Assembly (NCBI GenBank): GCA_035708785.1 | Contig: DASTFG010000592.1 | Location: forward strand, 1 to 37,573 | Source: Anaerolineales bacterium | GTDB taxonomy: Bacteria; Chloroflexota; Anaerolineae; Anaerolineales; Villigracilaceae | Direction of reading: 5' to 3' | Length of the DNA stretch: 37,573 nt | In this document: positions 9,261 to 18,103 of the stretch, in pieces | Position numbering within the stretch: the first letter of the stretch is position 1 | Layout of the letters: each line of letters begins with the position of its first letter | Translations under genes and position numbers: made by a program | Notes under the pieces: generated by a model | The model's database searches: none | The model's input: the letters and a program-made list of their open reading frames with translations, nothing else | What the model was told of the DNA's origin: nothing

Positions 9261-11153
9261 CTGGAGACAAGGATATTCCCTGAATTATCGGACGACAGGG
9301 GCGATGAAGGTTCCCCCCGCCAGCGACAGCTTCAGGCAGGTGTTACGCTTGCCAGGCGCTATTCGATTCAGGAAGTGATCGGCATCGGTGGTATGGGCTC
9401 GGTCTACCGCGCCCGGGATATGCATTTTCCGAACGTGACCAAGCTGGTGGCGGTGAAGGAGATGATCAACACGGCGCCGGATCCCCTTGTCCGTGAGACC
9501 ATCGTCCAGAACTTCGAGCGGGAAGCCAACTTGCTCGCGACCCTCCATCACCCTTCCATCCCCCGGATCTACGACTACTTCACCCTGGACAGCCGGTCCT
9601 ATCTGGTGCTCGAGTTCATCCACGGCAAGGATCTGGAAGCCATCATCAACGAAGCGCCGGGATTCCTGCCTGAGGCCCAGGTGCTGAGCTGGGCAGTCGA
9701 CCTGTGCGATGTCCTGGACTACCTGCACAAGCATAAACCGGATCCCATCATCTTCCGGGATATGAAGCCGTCGAACGTGATGATCAACCACAACGGCAAT
9801 ATCATGCTGGTCGACTTTGGGATTGCCAAGACCTTCCAGGCCGGCATGAAAGGGACGATGATCGGTACCGAGGGCTATTCCCCGCCCGAGCAGTACCGCG
9901 GCGAGGCCACGCCTGCCGCCGATCTCTACGCTCTGGGGGCCACCATCCACCACGCGTTGACGCGCCGCGACCCGCGCCTGGAGCCTCCCTTCTCGTTCGC
10001 CGAACGCCCGCTGCGCCGGATCAACTCCTCGGTCTCCCCCGAGCTCGAACTGGTCGTCAACACCGCCTTGGAATACAGTCCCGAAAGCCGCTTCCGTACT
10101 GCGGCGGATATGAAGCAGGCGCTCATGGCCGTGGCCCGCAAGACCGGCGCGCTGCTCCACATGAACACACAAACGGGCCCCATGGTGAATGCCGGCGGGG
10201 TCAAGCCGCTCTGGTCGTTCAAGTGCGAGGATGAGATCCGCGGCACGCCGGCCATTTTCGAAGGTGTGCTTTTTATCGGTTCCTATGACAATAATCTGTA
10301 TGCCTTGAATGCGGCTGACGGAAAATTCCAGTGGAAATATCCCACCGATGGTGGTATTGTTTCGCGCCCGGCCCTGTTCGAAGGCAATGTTTTTTTCGGC
10401 TCGGAAGACAGGCGGCTGCATGTAGTCAGCGCCCGTTCCGGCAAGGTGGTTTGGACATATTACGCGGACGGTCCGATCCGCTCTTCCCCCCGGATTGCCG
10501 AGGGACATATTTTCATCGGCTCCGATGATAGTCATGTTCACGCGATCAATTTGAACACGGGGCGCATGGCATGGAAGTTCGAGACAGCGGATTATGTCCG
10601 TTCGACCCCGTTCATTATGAACGATCTTGTGTACGTGGGCTGCGAGACCGGTGATTATTATGCGATAGATTTTCGAGGGGACTTGAAATGGCGGTTCCGT
10701 GCCAAGCGTGCAATTACCTCCTCCACCGTTGGGACGCCTCAATCATTATATTTCTCCTCCGTGGACGGTACGCTGTACGCCCTCGATCCGCGTAACGGCT
10801 GGGTGATCTGGCGTTTCCGGCTGGGCAAGGCCTCCATCAGCACGCCGTGCATCATGGACGAGATGGTTTTTGTCGGTGCAGCAGATGGCTTTATCTATGC
10901 TGTGGAGGCGAAAAGCGCCAAGGAAGTATGGCGCTTCCGCACAGAGCACCAGGTGAACAGCTCTCCGGTTGTCTACAAGGACTCCCTCTACTGCGGCTCC
11001 GTAGATGGCAATCTATATTGTCTTGAGTACCGTACAGGCCGGCTACGCTGGAAGTTTGAAACGGGAAGTCCCATCACCGGTACGCCGCTGGCATATAATG
11101 ATATTGTGTACATAGGCTCCACCGATCATCAAATCTACGCACTGCTTGCATGA
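9261..11153 (+). CDS. Hanks-type Ser/Thr protein kinase with a C-terminal PQQ-like beta-propeller (AfsK-like architecture); probable CTG start
   Basis: GIGGMGSVY, VAVKEM, FRDMKPSN, VDFG and GTEGYSPPEQ, then about 8 repeats of the type W.F....I.S.P.....V.IGS.D..LYALD...G. The frame stays open upstream of GTG 9375 (TLARRYSIQEVIG) to TGA 9243. SD lies 7 nt before CTG 9261. Product is secure; the start is inferred. Confidence 0.92.
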   Translation: METRIFPELSDDRGDEGSPRQRQLQAGVTLARRYSIQEVIGIGGMGSVYRARDMHFPNVTKLVAVKEMINTAPDPLVRETIVQNFEREANLLATLHHPSIPRIYDYFTLDSRSYLVLEFIHGKDLEAIINEAPGFLPEAQVLSWAVDLCDVLDYLHKHKPDPIIFRDMKPSNVMINHNGNIMLVDFGIAKTFQAGMKGTMIGTEGYSPPEQYRGEATPAADLYALGATIHHALTRRDPRLEPPFSFAERPLRRINSSVSPELELVVNTALEYSPESRFRTAADMKQALMAVARKTGALLHMNTQTGPMVNAGGVKPLWSFKCEDEIRGTPAIFEGVLFIGSYDNNLYALNAADGKFQWKYPTDGGIVSRPALFEGNVFFGSEDRRLHVVSARSGKVVWTYYADGPIRSSPRIAEGHIFIGSDDSHVHAINLNTGRMAWKFETADYVRSTPFIMNDLVYVGCETGDYYAIDFRGDLKWRFRAKRAITSSTVGTPQSLYFSSVDGTLYALDPRNGWVIWRFRLGKASISTPCIMDEMVFVGAADGFIYAVEAKSAKEVWRFRTEHQVNSSPVVYKDSLYCGSVDGNLYCLEYRTGRLRWKFETGSPITGTPLAYNDIVYIGSTDHQIYALLA

Positions 11154-11165
11154 GAAGGAGTTTTT

Positions 11166-12071
11166 GTGGAAAAATTTTTCCGTCGTTTATTCGGTAATAA
11201 GCAATCCTCCGACAAGGCTCAGGATGTGGCTAATACTGCTCCTCTCACAGAACAGCAGATTCAAACGATCGTCGCCAACCAGAATCCCCGCTTTGATCTC
11301 CAGCAGCTTGTTGCCGGCTGCGGGCAGTCGGTAGGCAAGCAGCGCGAATTGAATGAGGACAGCCTGCTTGCGCTGACCACAACCATGGCCGGCAATTCAG
11401 GGAATTTACCTTTCGGTCTGTACATCGTTGCCGATGGCATGGGCGGGCACCAGTACGGGGAGGTTGCGAGCAACGCCGCGATCCGCACCGTCGCCGGGTA
11501 TGTTCTGCGCAAGTTCCACCCGTATCTCTTCCACGTCAAGACCGACACGATGGACGAATCCTTCCAGGAGATCATGCAAGCCGCGGTAGGCGAAGCGAAC
11601 CGCGCCATCCAAAGAGAGGCCTCAGGCAGCGGGACCACTCTGACGGCGGCGCTTGTGGTCGGTCAGCAGATCACGATCGCACACGTTGGCGACAGCCGCG
11701 CCTACTTCGTTTATCCCGATGGGCGGATCGAGCCCATCACGCGCGATCACTCGCTGGTAAAGCGGCTCGAGGAGCTGGGGCATATCACCCCTGAAGAGGC
11801 CGCGAACTACCCGCACCGAAATGTGCTTTACCGCGCCCTCGGTCAGGGCGAGCTCCTTGACCCCGATATCTTTACACTGGGCTTTCCCCAACCCGGTTAC
11901 TTAATGGTTTGCAGTGATGGCCTGTGGGGTGTAGTCTCCGAGCAGGATCTTGTCCGCGCCATCGTGGACGCGCCCAACCTGCCGCGCGCCTGCCAAAACC
12001 TGATTAGCGCGGCAAATTCCGCGGGCGGTCCTGATAATATCAGTGTGATCCTTGTGCAATTAATTGGATAG
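11166..12071 (+). CDS. PP2C/PPM-family Ser/Thr phosphatase (PrpC/Stp1-like)
   Basis: RELNEDS, VADGMGGH, SGTT, AHVGDSRAY, TRDHS, CSDGL and GGPDNIS. SD AAGGAG. Confidence 0.95.
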   Translation: MEKFFRRLFGNKQSSDKAQDVANTAPLTEQQIQTIVANQNPRFDLQQLVAGCGQSVGKQRELNEDSLLALTTTMAGNSGNLPFGLYIVADGMGGHQYGEVASNAAIRTVAGYVLRKFHPYLFHVKTDTMDESFQEIMQAAVGEANRAIQREASGSGTTLTAALVVGQQITIAHVGDSRAYFVYPDGRIEPITRDHSLVKRLEELGHITPEEAANYPHRNVLYRALGQGELLDPDIFTLGFPQPGYLMVCSDGLWGVVSEQDLVRAIVDAPNLPRACQNLISAANSAGGPDNISVILVQLIG

Positions 12072-12073
12072 TT

Positions 12074-13561
12074 ATGCCGGCTTATCAACAGGATTATTAT
12101 GCTCTTCTGGGAGTGATGCGAGATGCCTCGCAGGAAGAAATCAAGCGCGCCTATTTGACCGCCGCGCAAAAATTCCACCCCGATAAGAATACTGCCGCCG
12201 GTGAGACCGAACTATTTCTGGGTGTCCAGCAAGCCTACGAGGTTCTTTCCAACCCCAAGCGGCGCGCCCAGTACGATGCGACACTGCCTCCCGAGAAAAG
12301 ACGGGTCCTTCCGTACGAGCACCGCATCCTTTACAGCCGTCCCAACCTCGTCGGGCTGGACGAGCCCCAAATGCTCTATCTCATCCTGGAAATCGGAGCG
12401 CCAGCCGAGGCCCGCCAGGCACCCGCGCCCCCATTAAACGTCTGCCTTGTGCTCGACCGCTCCACATCCATGCAGGGGGAGAAGATGGATACTGTCAAGT
12501 CGGCAGCACTGCAGGTGCTGCGCAACCTCAGGCAGCAGGATATTCTGAGCGTTGTGGCATTCAGCGATCGCGCCGAGGTAATTATTCCCGCCGCCTATCT
12601 GCAGGACCGTGCCCGTCTGGAAGCGAAAATCCAGATGATTCAGCCTTCCGGCGCAACAGAGATGCTCCAGGGGCTGGAGTTGGGCGCCAGGGAAGTGATG
12701 CGCAGCCTGGATTCCAAGCGTATTAATCACATCGTTCTCCTGACAGATGGACACACCTACGGCGATGAAAAGGAATGTCTTGCCGTGGCGTCCAGGCTTG
12801 CCGAGCGTGGAATCGGGGTGAGCGGCCTGGGGATTGGGGAGGAATGGAATGATATTTTTCTCGATGTTCTTTCCACCCGCACAGGCGGCAGCAGCGCCTA
12901 TATCGCCCACCCGCAGGATATCAAGCCGCTCCTGCTCGAAAAGTTCAATGCGCTCGCCCACACCTATGCTGAAGAGGTTACACTCGAGCTCAAGCCGCTC
13001 CCGGATGTGGAACTGACCTATGCGTTTCGCATCCAGCCCGACCCATCTCCAATTCCACTGGACCAGGGGAGGCTTCACCTGGGCCCCATATTACAGGACA
13101 CTTCCACGCAACTGATTTTTGAGTACATAATTCAGCCAAAAGCGGTAAAATCGAATTCAATGATATTCCTGAATGGCTTTCTCAAGGTGTCGATCGCGTC
13201 TCAGCCTCTGCCTGTGCCGCCGCTCCACCTCCGCCTGAGCCGCCCGGTCTCGAATTCGCCGGAAGTCACACCGCCCCCTACTGAAATTGTCCGGGCTTTA
13301 TCGAGATTGATGTTGTACCGCATGCAGGAACGGGCGCGCAAGGAGATCGAACAGGGCCACATTGATGCGGCCACGCAGCAGCTCAAGGCACTGGCATCGA
13401 ACTTATTGACGCAGGGCGAACGCAGCCTGGCTCAGACAATCCTCCTGGAAGTGGACCACCTCCAAAGGCAACACACCCTCTCGGATGAGGGGAGCAAAAA
13501 AATAAGTTATGGCACGCGGGCTTTGCTATTTGCGTCGCCGAAGAAGGAGATGCTTTCATGA
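12074..13561 (+). CDS. J-domain (DnaJ) - VWA domain fusion protein
   Basis: N-terminal DYYALLGV..AS.EEIKRAY....KFHPDKN...AYEVLSNPKRRAQYD with an intact HPD. VWA MIDAS residues LDRSTSM, GATE and LLTDG, then a helical C-terminal extension. Confidence 0.93.
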   Translation: MPAYQQDYYALLGVMRDASQEEIKRAYLTAAQKFHPDKNTAAGETELFLGVQQAYEVLSNPKRRAQYDATLPPEKRRVLPYEHRILYSRPNLVGLDEPQMLYLILEIGAPAEARQAPAPPLNVCLVLDRSTSMQGEKMDTVKSAALQVLRNLRQQDILSVVAFSDRAEVIIPAAYLQDRARLEAKIQMIQPSGATEMLQGLELGAREVMRSLDSKRINHIVLLTDGHTYGDEKECLAVASRLAERGIGVSGLGIGEEWNDIFLDVLSTRTGGSSAYIAHPQDIKPLLLEKFNALAHTYAEEVTLELKPLPDVELTYAFRIQPDPSPIPLDQGRLHLGPILQDTSTQLIFEYIIQPKAVKSNSMIFLNGFLKVSIASQPLPVPPLHLRLSRPVSNSPEVTPPPTEIVRALSRLMLYRMQERARKEIEQGHIDAATQQLKALASNLLTQGERSLAQTILLEVDHLQRQHTLSDEGSKKISYGTRALLFASPKKEMLS

Positions 13562-14067
13562 TCATCTGTTCGAATTGTCAGCACAAGAACGTCGCAGGAG
13601 CCATGTTCTGCGCCGAATGCGGCGCGCAGCTCGATGGCGTGGAAACGCTGATCACCCAGGCGATTACCGATGAGGATATCGAACGGGAATTGAAAAGCAA
13701 GGCTGCCCGGCCCGAGGCGCCCGCCGTTCCTGCCAATAGCTGGCTCTCCCTGCACCTGATGGATAGCGGCAAGATCCTCCCGCTTGCTTCCCGGAATGAA
13801 TTCACGCTCGGGCGGCTGAGCGAAGGCCAGCCGATCATGCCAGATATCGACCTGACGCCCTACCAGGCGTATGCCTCCGGCGTTTCGAGGCTGCATGCTG
13901 TCGTCAAGCGTGATGCGAACCGCGTGATGGTGATGGATCTCGGCTCTTCCAACGGCACGTACCTGAACGGGCGCCGTCTCAATCCCCACACGGAGGAATC
14001 CCTAAATCACGGGGATATCGTCGCCCTGGGCAAACTGAAAATCCAGATCTTGCTTCGCAACATTTGA
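13558..14067 (+). CDS. Zinc-ribbon + FHA domain protein
   Basis: CSNC..N...A.FCAECG zinc ribbon; FHA residues LGR, VSRLHA and DLGSSNGTYLNG. ATGA overlap with the J-VWA gene. Confidence 0.93.
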   Translation: MIICSNCQHKNVAGAMFCAECGAQLDGVETLITQAITDEDIERELKSKAARPEAPAVPANSWLSLHLMDSGKILPLASRNEFTLGRLSEGQPIMPDIDLTPYQAYASGVSRLHAVVKRDANRVMVMDLGSSNGTYLNGRRLNPHTEESLNHGDIVALGKLKIQILLRNI

Positions 14068-14098
14068 GTTGGCTGATTTTGTGGAAAGGTGTCGAACC

Positions 14099-14341
14099 AT
14101 GGCTTACTCTGTCATCCTGCATATTGCCGGCGAATCCTCTATCCTGGGTGAAATCGAGGAACTGCCGAAATCCACCGATACGATTGTGGTGGTTAGCAAT
14201 CCGCGTATGCGCGATGGAAAGGATATCCATTATCTCGAGCACAACGTAGTCAAGGTGATCTGGCCGATCGACAAGCTGACCTTGATCGAGATCCTTGAAA
14301 GCGAAGAGGAAGAAAGCCTGATTGGATTCGTAAGGGAATGA
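14099..14341 (+). CDS. Small hypothetical protein (80 aa), beta-rich, with an acidic tail ending IGFVRE
   Basis: SD-like AAAGGTG upstream of ATG 14099. It fills the operon gap and ends 3 nt before the next gene. Confidence 0.8.
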   Translation: MAYSVILHIAGESSILGEIEELPKSTDTIVVVSNPRMRDGKDIHYLEHNVVKVIWPIDKLTLIEILESEEEESLIGFVRE

Positions 14342-14344
14342 TCC

Positions 14345-15085
14345 ATGCCTGAAGAGTTTGACCGCCGCCGCATCCTGGTCGTGGACGATGAAGAGCGCAT
14401 GGTGCGCTTCATCCGCATGAACCTTGAGCATGATGGCTTTCAGGTTACGGAAGCCTTCAATGGCAGGCAGGCGCTCCAGAAATTGCGGGATGTGCCCCCC
14501 GATCTCATCCTCCTCGACGTGATGATGCCCGACCTGGACGGCTTCGAAGTACTGGAGACAATTCGCGAGAGTAACAATGTACCCGTTATCATGCTCACCG
14601 CCAAGGGTGAGGAGGATGACCGGGTACGCGGACTTGAACTGGGCGCGGATGACTATATTACGAAACCCTTCAGCCCGCGCGAGATGGTCGGCCGCGTCAA
14701 AGCGGTGATCCGCCGTACGGAGGGCGCAGGCGGCTCGATGCATGAAATTATCGAGGTGGACGACCGCCTCAAAATCGACTTCGACCGCCGCGAAGTGTGG
14801 CTGGAAGGTAAACTGGTCAAGCTGCGCCCCACGGAATACCGGCTGCTCTATCACCTCGTGCAGAATGCGGGCTGGGTGGTGACGCATGACCAGCTGCTCG
14901 TAAAGGTCTGGGGATACGAATACCGCGATGAGCCGCATTATGTTCGTCTCTATATCAACTATTTGCGACAGAAGCTCGAAAAAGATCCGGCCAACCCGCA
15001 ATATATCCTCACCGAGCGCGGCGTCGGTTATCGTTTTGTGGATTACAAAAGGAAAAAGGAAGGCGCACCGTCAAACTCCTCGTGA
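14345..15085 (+). CDS. OmpR/PhoB-family response regulator (KdpE-like), no adjacent kinase
   Basis: VVDDE, LLDVMMP, MLTA and [10 protein letters not shown]; winged helix [33 protein letters not shown]. Confidence 0.95.
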   Translation: MPEEFDRRRILVVDDEERMVRFIRMNLEHDGFQVTEAFNGRQALQKLRDVPPDLILLDVMMPDLDGFEVLETIRESNNVPVIMLTAKGEEDDRVRGLELGADDYITKPFSPREMVGRVKAVIRRTEGAGGSMHEIIEVDDRLKIDFDRREVWLEGKLVKLRPTEYRLLYHLVQNAGWVVTHDQLLVKVWGYEYRDEPHYVRLYINYLRQKLEKDPANPQYILTERGVGYRFVDYKRKKEGAPSNSS

Positions 15086-15114
15086 ACCTGCCGGAAATCT
15101 GATGAAAATTTTAC

Positions 15115-15147
15115 AAAGAGTCTGCGTACTTCTTATGCAGGCTCTTT
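15115..15147 (+). promoter_or_regulatory. 14-bp inverted repeat between the kinase operon and hsp20 (weak terminator or operator)
   Basis: AAAGAGTCTGCGTA-cttct-TATGCAGGCTCTTT (two G-U pairs), flanked by TTTACAA direct repeats. Confidence 0.5.
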
Positions 15148-15187
15148 ACAATTAAAAGGTGAAAAAACAACAAGTGAGGAGGTTGTT

Positions 15188-15628
15188 ATGTCTAATCTGA
15201 CCCGCTGGGAACCGATGCGTGAGATGATGACCCTGCGTGAGGCGATGGATCGTCTCTTCGATGACGCGTTTACTCGCCCCATCTCTGGCAGGGAGGGCTG
15301 GTCTGCGCCTGCGATCGATATGTACCAGACCGACGACGAGATCGTGGTGAAGGCCATGCTGCCGGGCATGAAGGCTGAAGACGTTCAGATCAACGTCACT
15401 GGCGATATGCTGACGTTGAGGGGTGAGATGAAGCATGAAGAGGAGACAGAGGAGAGATCCTGGCATATCCGCGAGCACAGATTTGGGCGGTTCGAGCGAT
15501 CCATCCCTCTGCCTACCCAGGTCACAGCCGATCGGGCAAATGCTGAGTTTGAGAACGGCATCCTGGTCGTCACCCTGCCAAAAGCAGAAGAGGTCAAACC
15601 CAGAACGATCACCGTCAAAGCGAAGTAA
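15188..15628 (+). CDS. Hsp20/alpha-crystallin small heat-shock protein
   Basis: PAIDMYQT, LPGMKAEDVQI, RFGRFERSIPLP and AEFENGILVVTLPK. Strong SD GAGGAGG. Confidence 0.96.
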   Translation: MSNLTRWEPMREMMTLREAMDRLFDDAFTRPISGREGWSAPAIDMYQTDDEIVVKAMLPGMKAEDVQINVTGDMLTLRGEMKHEEETEERSWHIREHRFGRFERSIPLPTQVTADRANAEFENGILVVTLPKAEEVKPRTITVKAK

Positions 15629-15639
15629 GGTAATCTTCC

Positions 15640-15676
15640 AATGGCCGGACACGTAATGTGTCCGGCCATTATTTTT
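15640..15676 (+). terminator. Intrinsic terminator after hsp20
   Basis: 13-bp stem AATGGCCGGACAC-gtaat-GTGTCCGGCCATT followed by ATTTTT. Confidence 0.85.
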
Positions 15677-15735
15677 GACCAGCTTTCACGAGATTTTTTT
15701 GGGAAAATCTGGAGTATTTGGGGTAAAATCGGGGC

Positions 15736-16407
15736 ATGCCAAAGCAGCCAGCCAAACAACGCATCATCCTTGTCGACGATCATGAAGTCGTGCGTGTGGG
15801 ATTGAAATCTCTTCTCGAGCGCCATTCACAGTTCGATGTTGTTGGCGAAGCAAGCTCGGCGCGAGAAGCAATTGAAAAAACAGAAACCCTGAGACCCGAT
15901 GTGGTCGTGATGGATATCCGCCTGCCGGGCACTTCAGGCATCGAGGCCTGTGAGCAGATCGTCAATAAGCATCCGAACATCAAGGTGATCATGCTTACAT
16001 CGTACGCGGAGGATGAGATGTTGTTCTCCGCGATCCGCGCTGGTGCATCCGGCTATATTCTGAAGCAGATCGGGAGCGATGACCTGGTGAAGGCCCTCGA
16101 AGCGGTAGGTCGCGGAGAGGCGCTGCTCGACCCGGCGGTCACTCAGCGCGTGTTCCAGGAAGTGCGCCGGGCAGTGAAGGAAGAAGAAGCTTCCGCTTTT
16201 CAACATCTGAGCCAGCAGGAGAAGCATGTGCTTCTCCTGGTTTCCGAAGGGAAGACCAACCGTGAGATCGCCAAGCAGTTATTCCTGGGGGAAGGCACGG
16301 TTCGGAATTACGTTTCCAGTATCCTTTCGAAACTCGGGGTCAACAACCGGGCAGAAGCCGCGGCATATGCGGTGGAACATAATTTGAGAGAATATATTAC
16401 AACTTAA
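15736..16407 (+). CDS. NarL/LuxR-family response regulator (DevR-like), no adjacent kinase; probably leaderless
   Basis: [20 protein letters not shown] and GYILK; [40 protein letters not shown] lies 6 nt before the ATG. Confidence 0.95.
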   Translation: MPKQPAKQRIILVDDHEVVRVGLKSLLERHSQFDVVGEASSAREAIEKTETLRPDVVVMDIRLPGTSGIEACEQIVNKHPNIKVIMLTSYAEDEMLFSAIRAGASGYILKQIGSDDLVKALEAVGRGEALLDPAVTQRVFQEVRRAVKEEEASAFQHLSQQEKHVLLLVSEGKTNREIAKQLFLGEGTVRNYVSSILSKLGVNNRAEAAAYAVEHNLREYITT

Positions 16408-16533
16408 GCCGCCGACCGGGACCCTATGTTTTTATTCATCGCCTAAAGTTTTCGACGTGTTTATCCCCGGGGTGAAATAAAAAGCAAAGCTTCAGTTCAA
16501 ATACCGGCGCAGTACTTTTGTTAGGAGTGGGAC

Positions 16534-17094
16534 ATGCCTTCTTCCGTTGAGCTGATCGATGACGATATCCTCCTTCGACCGTTTCGCTTTGAAGATACAA
16601 CGCAGTTATATCAGGCTGTGCGTGAGTCCCTCAAGGAGCTCAGCCCCTGGATGTCCTGGGCAAACGAGGCCTATACGGTCGCGACGGCCAGGGAATATAT
16701 CACAATTACACGGGCACGCTGGGAGGAGCGTACGCTCTTTGCCTTCGCCATCACTCGCGAGGACGAAATCGTTGGAAGCTGTACATTGAGCAGCATCCAT
16801 GCTGTCTATCAATACTGCAACCTTGGCTACTGGGTCCGCAGCAGCCGCAATGGAGAGGGCATTGCCGGGCGCGCCGCGAAACTGGCCGCGCGGTTCGCCT
16901 TTGAAAAGGTAGGATTGGTCCGCGTAGAGATCGTCATCGCGGTGGGGAATCAGCGCAGCATGCGGGTGGCGGAAAAGATCGGCGCTCATTACGAAGGCCT
17001 CCTGTTGAACCGCATGGTCGTGGGCAAATCGGTCTACGACGCGCACATGTACTCGTTGATCCCCTCAGACTTTGGGCTGGCAATCCGCTCATAA
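16534..17094 (+). CDS. GNAT acetyltransferase, RimJ/RimL family
   Basis: [35 protein letters not shown]...EG. SD AGGAG. Confidence 0.9.
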   Translation: MPSSVELIDDDILLRPFRFEDTTQLYQAVRESLKELSPWMSWANEAYTVATAREYITITRARWEERTLFAFAITREDEIVGSCTLSSIHAVYQYCNLGYWVRSSRNGEGIAGRAAKLAARFAFEKVGLVRVEIVIAVGNQRSMRVAEKIGAHYEGLLLNRMVVGKSVYDAHMYSLIPSDFGLAIRS

Positions 17095-17107
17095 CGACCC
17101 CATTTCC

Positions 17108-17893
17108 ATGAAAACGATGAACGAACAGGACTTGATCCGCCAGATTCTCGAAATGGGCGTGAAGCCGGGAGGCATCCTCCTCGTCCACACCTCGTTTTCA
17201 AAGGTAAAGCCGGTGGAAGGCGGACCGGCAGGCCTGATCAAAGCACTACAGTCCGCGCTCGGCCCGGATGGCACGCTCGTGATGCCAAGCATGAGCTACG
17301 ACGATGAACATCCTTTTGATAAGAAAGTCAGCCCGTGTCCTGAGATGGGCGTTGTGGCAGATACCTTCTGGAGATTGCCGGGGGTGCTTCGCGGTGACAA
17401 CAACCATGCGTTTGCCGCGGCCGGTCCTCTCGCGGCACAGATCACCGCTCCTCATCCAATCGATCCTCCCCACGGACTGGACAGTCCGGTCGGCAGGGTC
17501 TTTGAACTGGATGGACAGGTGCTTCTTCTGGGCGTCGGGCACGATGCCAATACAACGATTCATCTGGCCGAGAATCTTGCGGGGATCCGGTACAGGCGCG
17601 AGAAGTATATTACCCTTCTCAAGAAGGGTGTTCCAATCCGCTTTGAATATCGCGAGATCGATCACTGCTGCCAGAATTTTTCCCTGGTGGATCGCTGGCT
17701 CGACGAAAGGAAACTACAGCAGCGCGGAACAGTGGGGTATGCGGAGGCGCGCCTGGCCGCCTCAGGCGATGTGGTCTCTGTTGCGACTGAGCGCCTTAAA
17801 GCAAACGAGACGATCTTCCTGCACCCAAGAGGGTTTGACGAAGAGTGTGACGATGCCTGGGCAAGCCTGCCGTCACCAGACCGGACGGGATGA
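17108..17893 (+). CDS. aac(3)-IV: Aminoglycoside 3-N-acetyltransferase, AAC(3)-IV-like (Antibiotic_NAT family)
   Basis: [68 protein letters not shown] and EECD follow the AAC(3)-IVa sequence as I recall it. Start is ATG 17108 or 17117. Family is secure; subtype and activity are unverified. Confidence 0.85.
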   Translation: MKTMNEQDLIRQILEMGVKPGGILLVHTSFSKVKPVEGGPAGLIKALQSALGPDGTLVMPSMSYDDEHPFDKKVSPCPEMGVVADTFWRLPGVLRGDNNHAFAAAGPLAAQITAPHPIDPPHGLDSPVGRVFELDGQVLLLGVGHDANTTIHLAENLAGIRYRREKYITLLKKGVPIRFEYREIDHCCQNFSLVDRWLDERKLQQRGTVGYAEARLAASGDVVSVATERLKANETIFLHPRGFDEECDDAWASLPSPDRTG

Positions 17894-17945
17894 TTCTACG
17901 TGCCTGCTGAACCGCCCTGCTTATAGAATTCTAAGAAAAATATTA

Positions 17946-17975
17946 TTGACAGAACTTTTCTGATTATGCTAACAT
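17946..17975 (+). promoter_or_regulatory. Sigma70 promoter for the riboswitch-terC transcript
   Basis: TTGACA-18 bp-TAACAT, with an extended -10 TG. Confidence 0.65.
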
Positions 17976-17985
17976 CTCCCTGCTC

Positions 17986-18103
17986 AAGTAGGGAGTAGCC
18001 ATGGCGCCCCGCGTGGAGCGGAGCGTCACCGGTCAGTCGTCAATACGTGGCGCGAGCGCGCCATCGGCTGCCCGTATGTGTCATACACTAGCGGCGAGAC
18101 TAC
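17986..18103 (+). ncRNA. yybP-ykoY manganese riboswitch
   Basis: Signature strands GTAGGGAGTAGCC ... GTCGTCAATACG ... TCGGC ... GGCGAGACTAC, located upstream of terC/alx, the canonical context. Confidence 0.92.

Noticed and set aside
9285-10742. 485-aa minus-strand ORF
   Set aside because: Antisense shadow of the Ser/Thr kinase gene.
16428-16483. Imperfect inverted repeat TTTTTATTCATC...GGTGAAATAAAAA after the NarL gene
   Set aside because: AT-rich and imperfect; cannot be distinguished from a weak terminator or chance.
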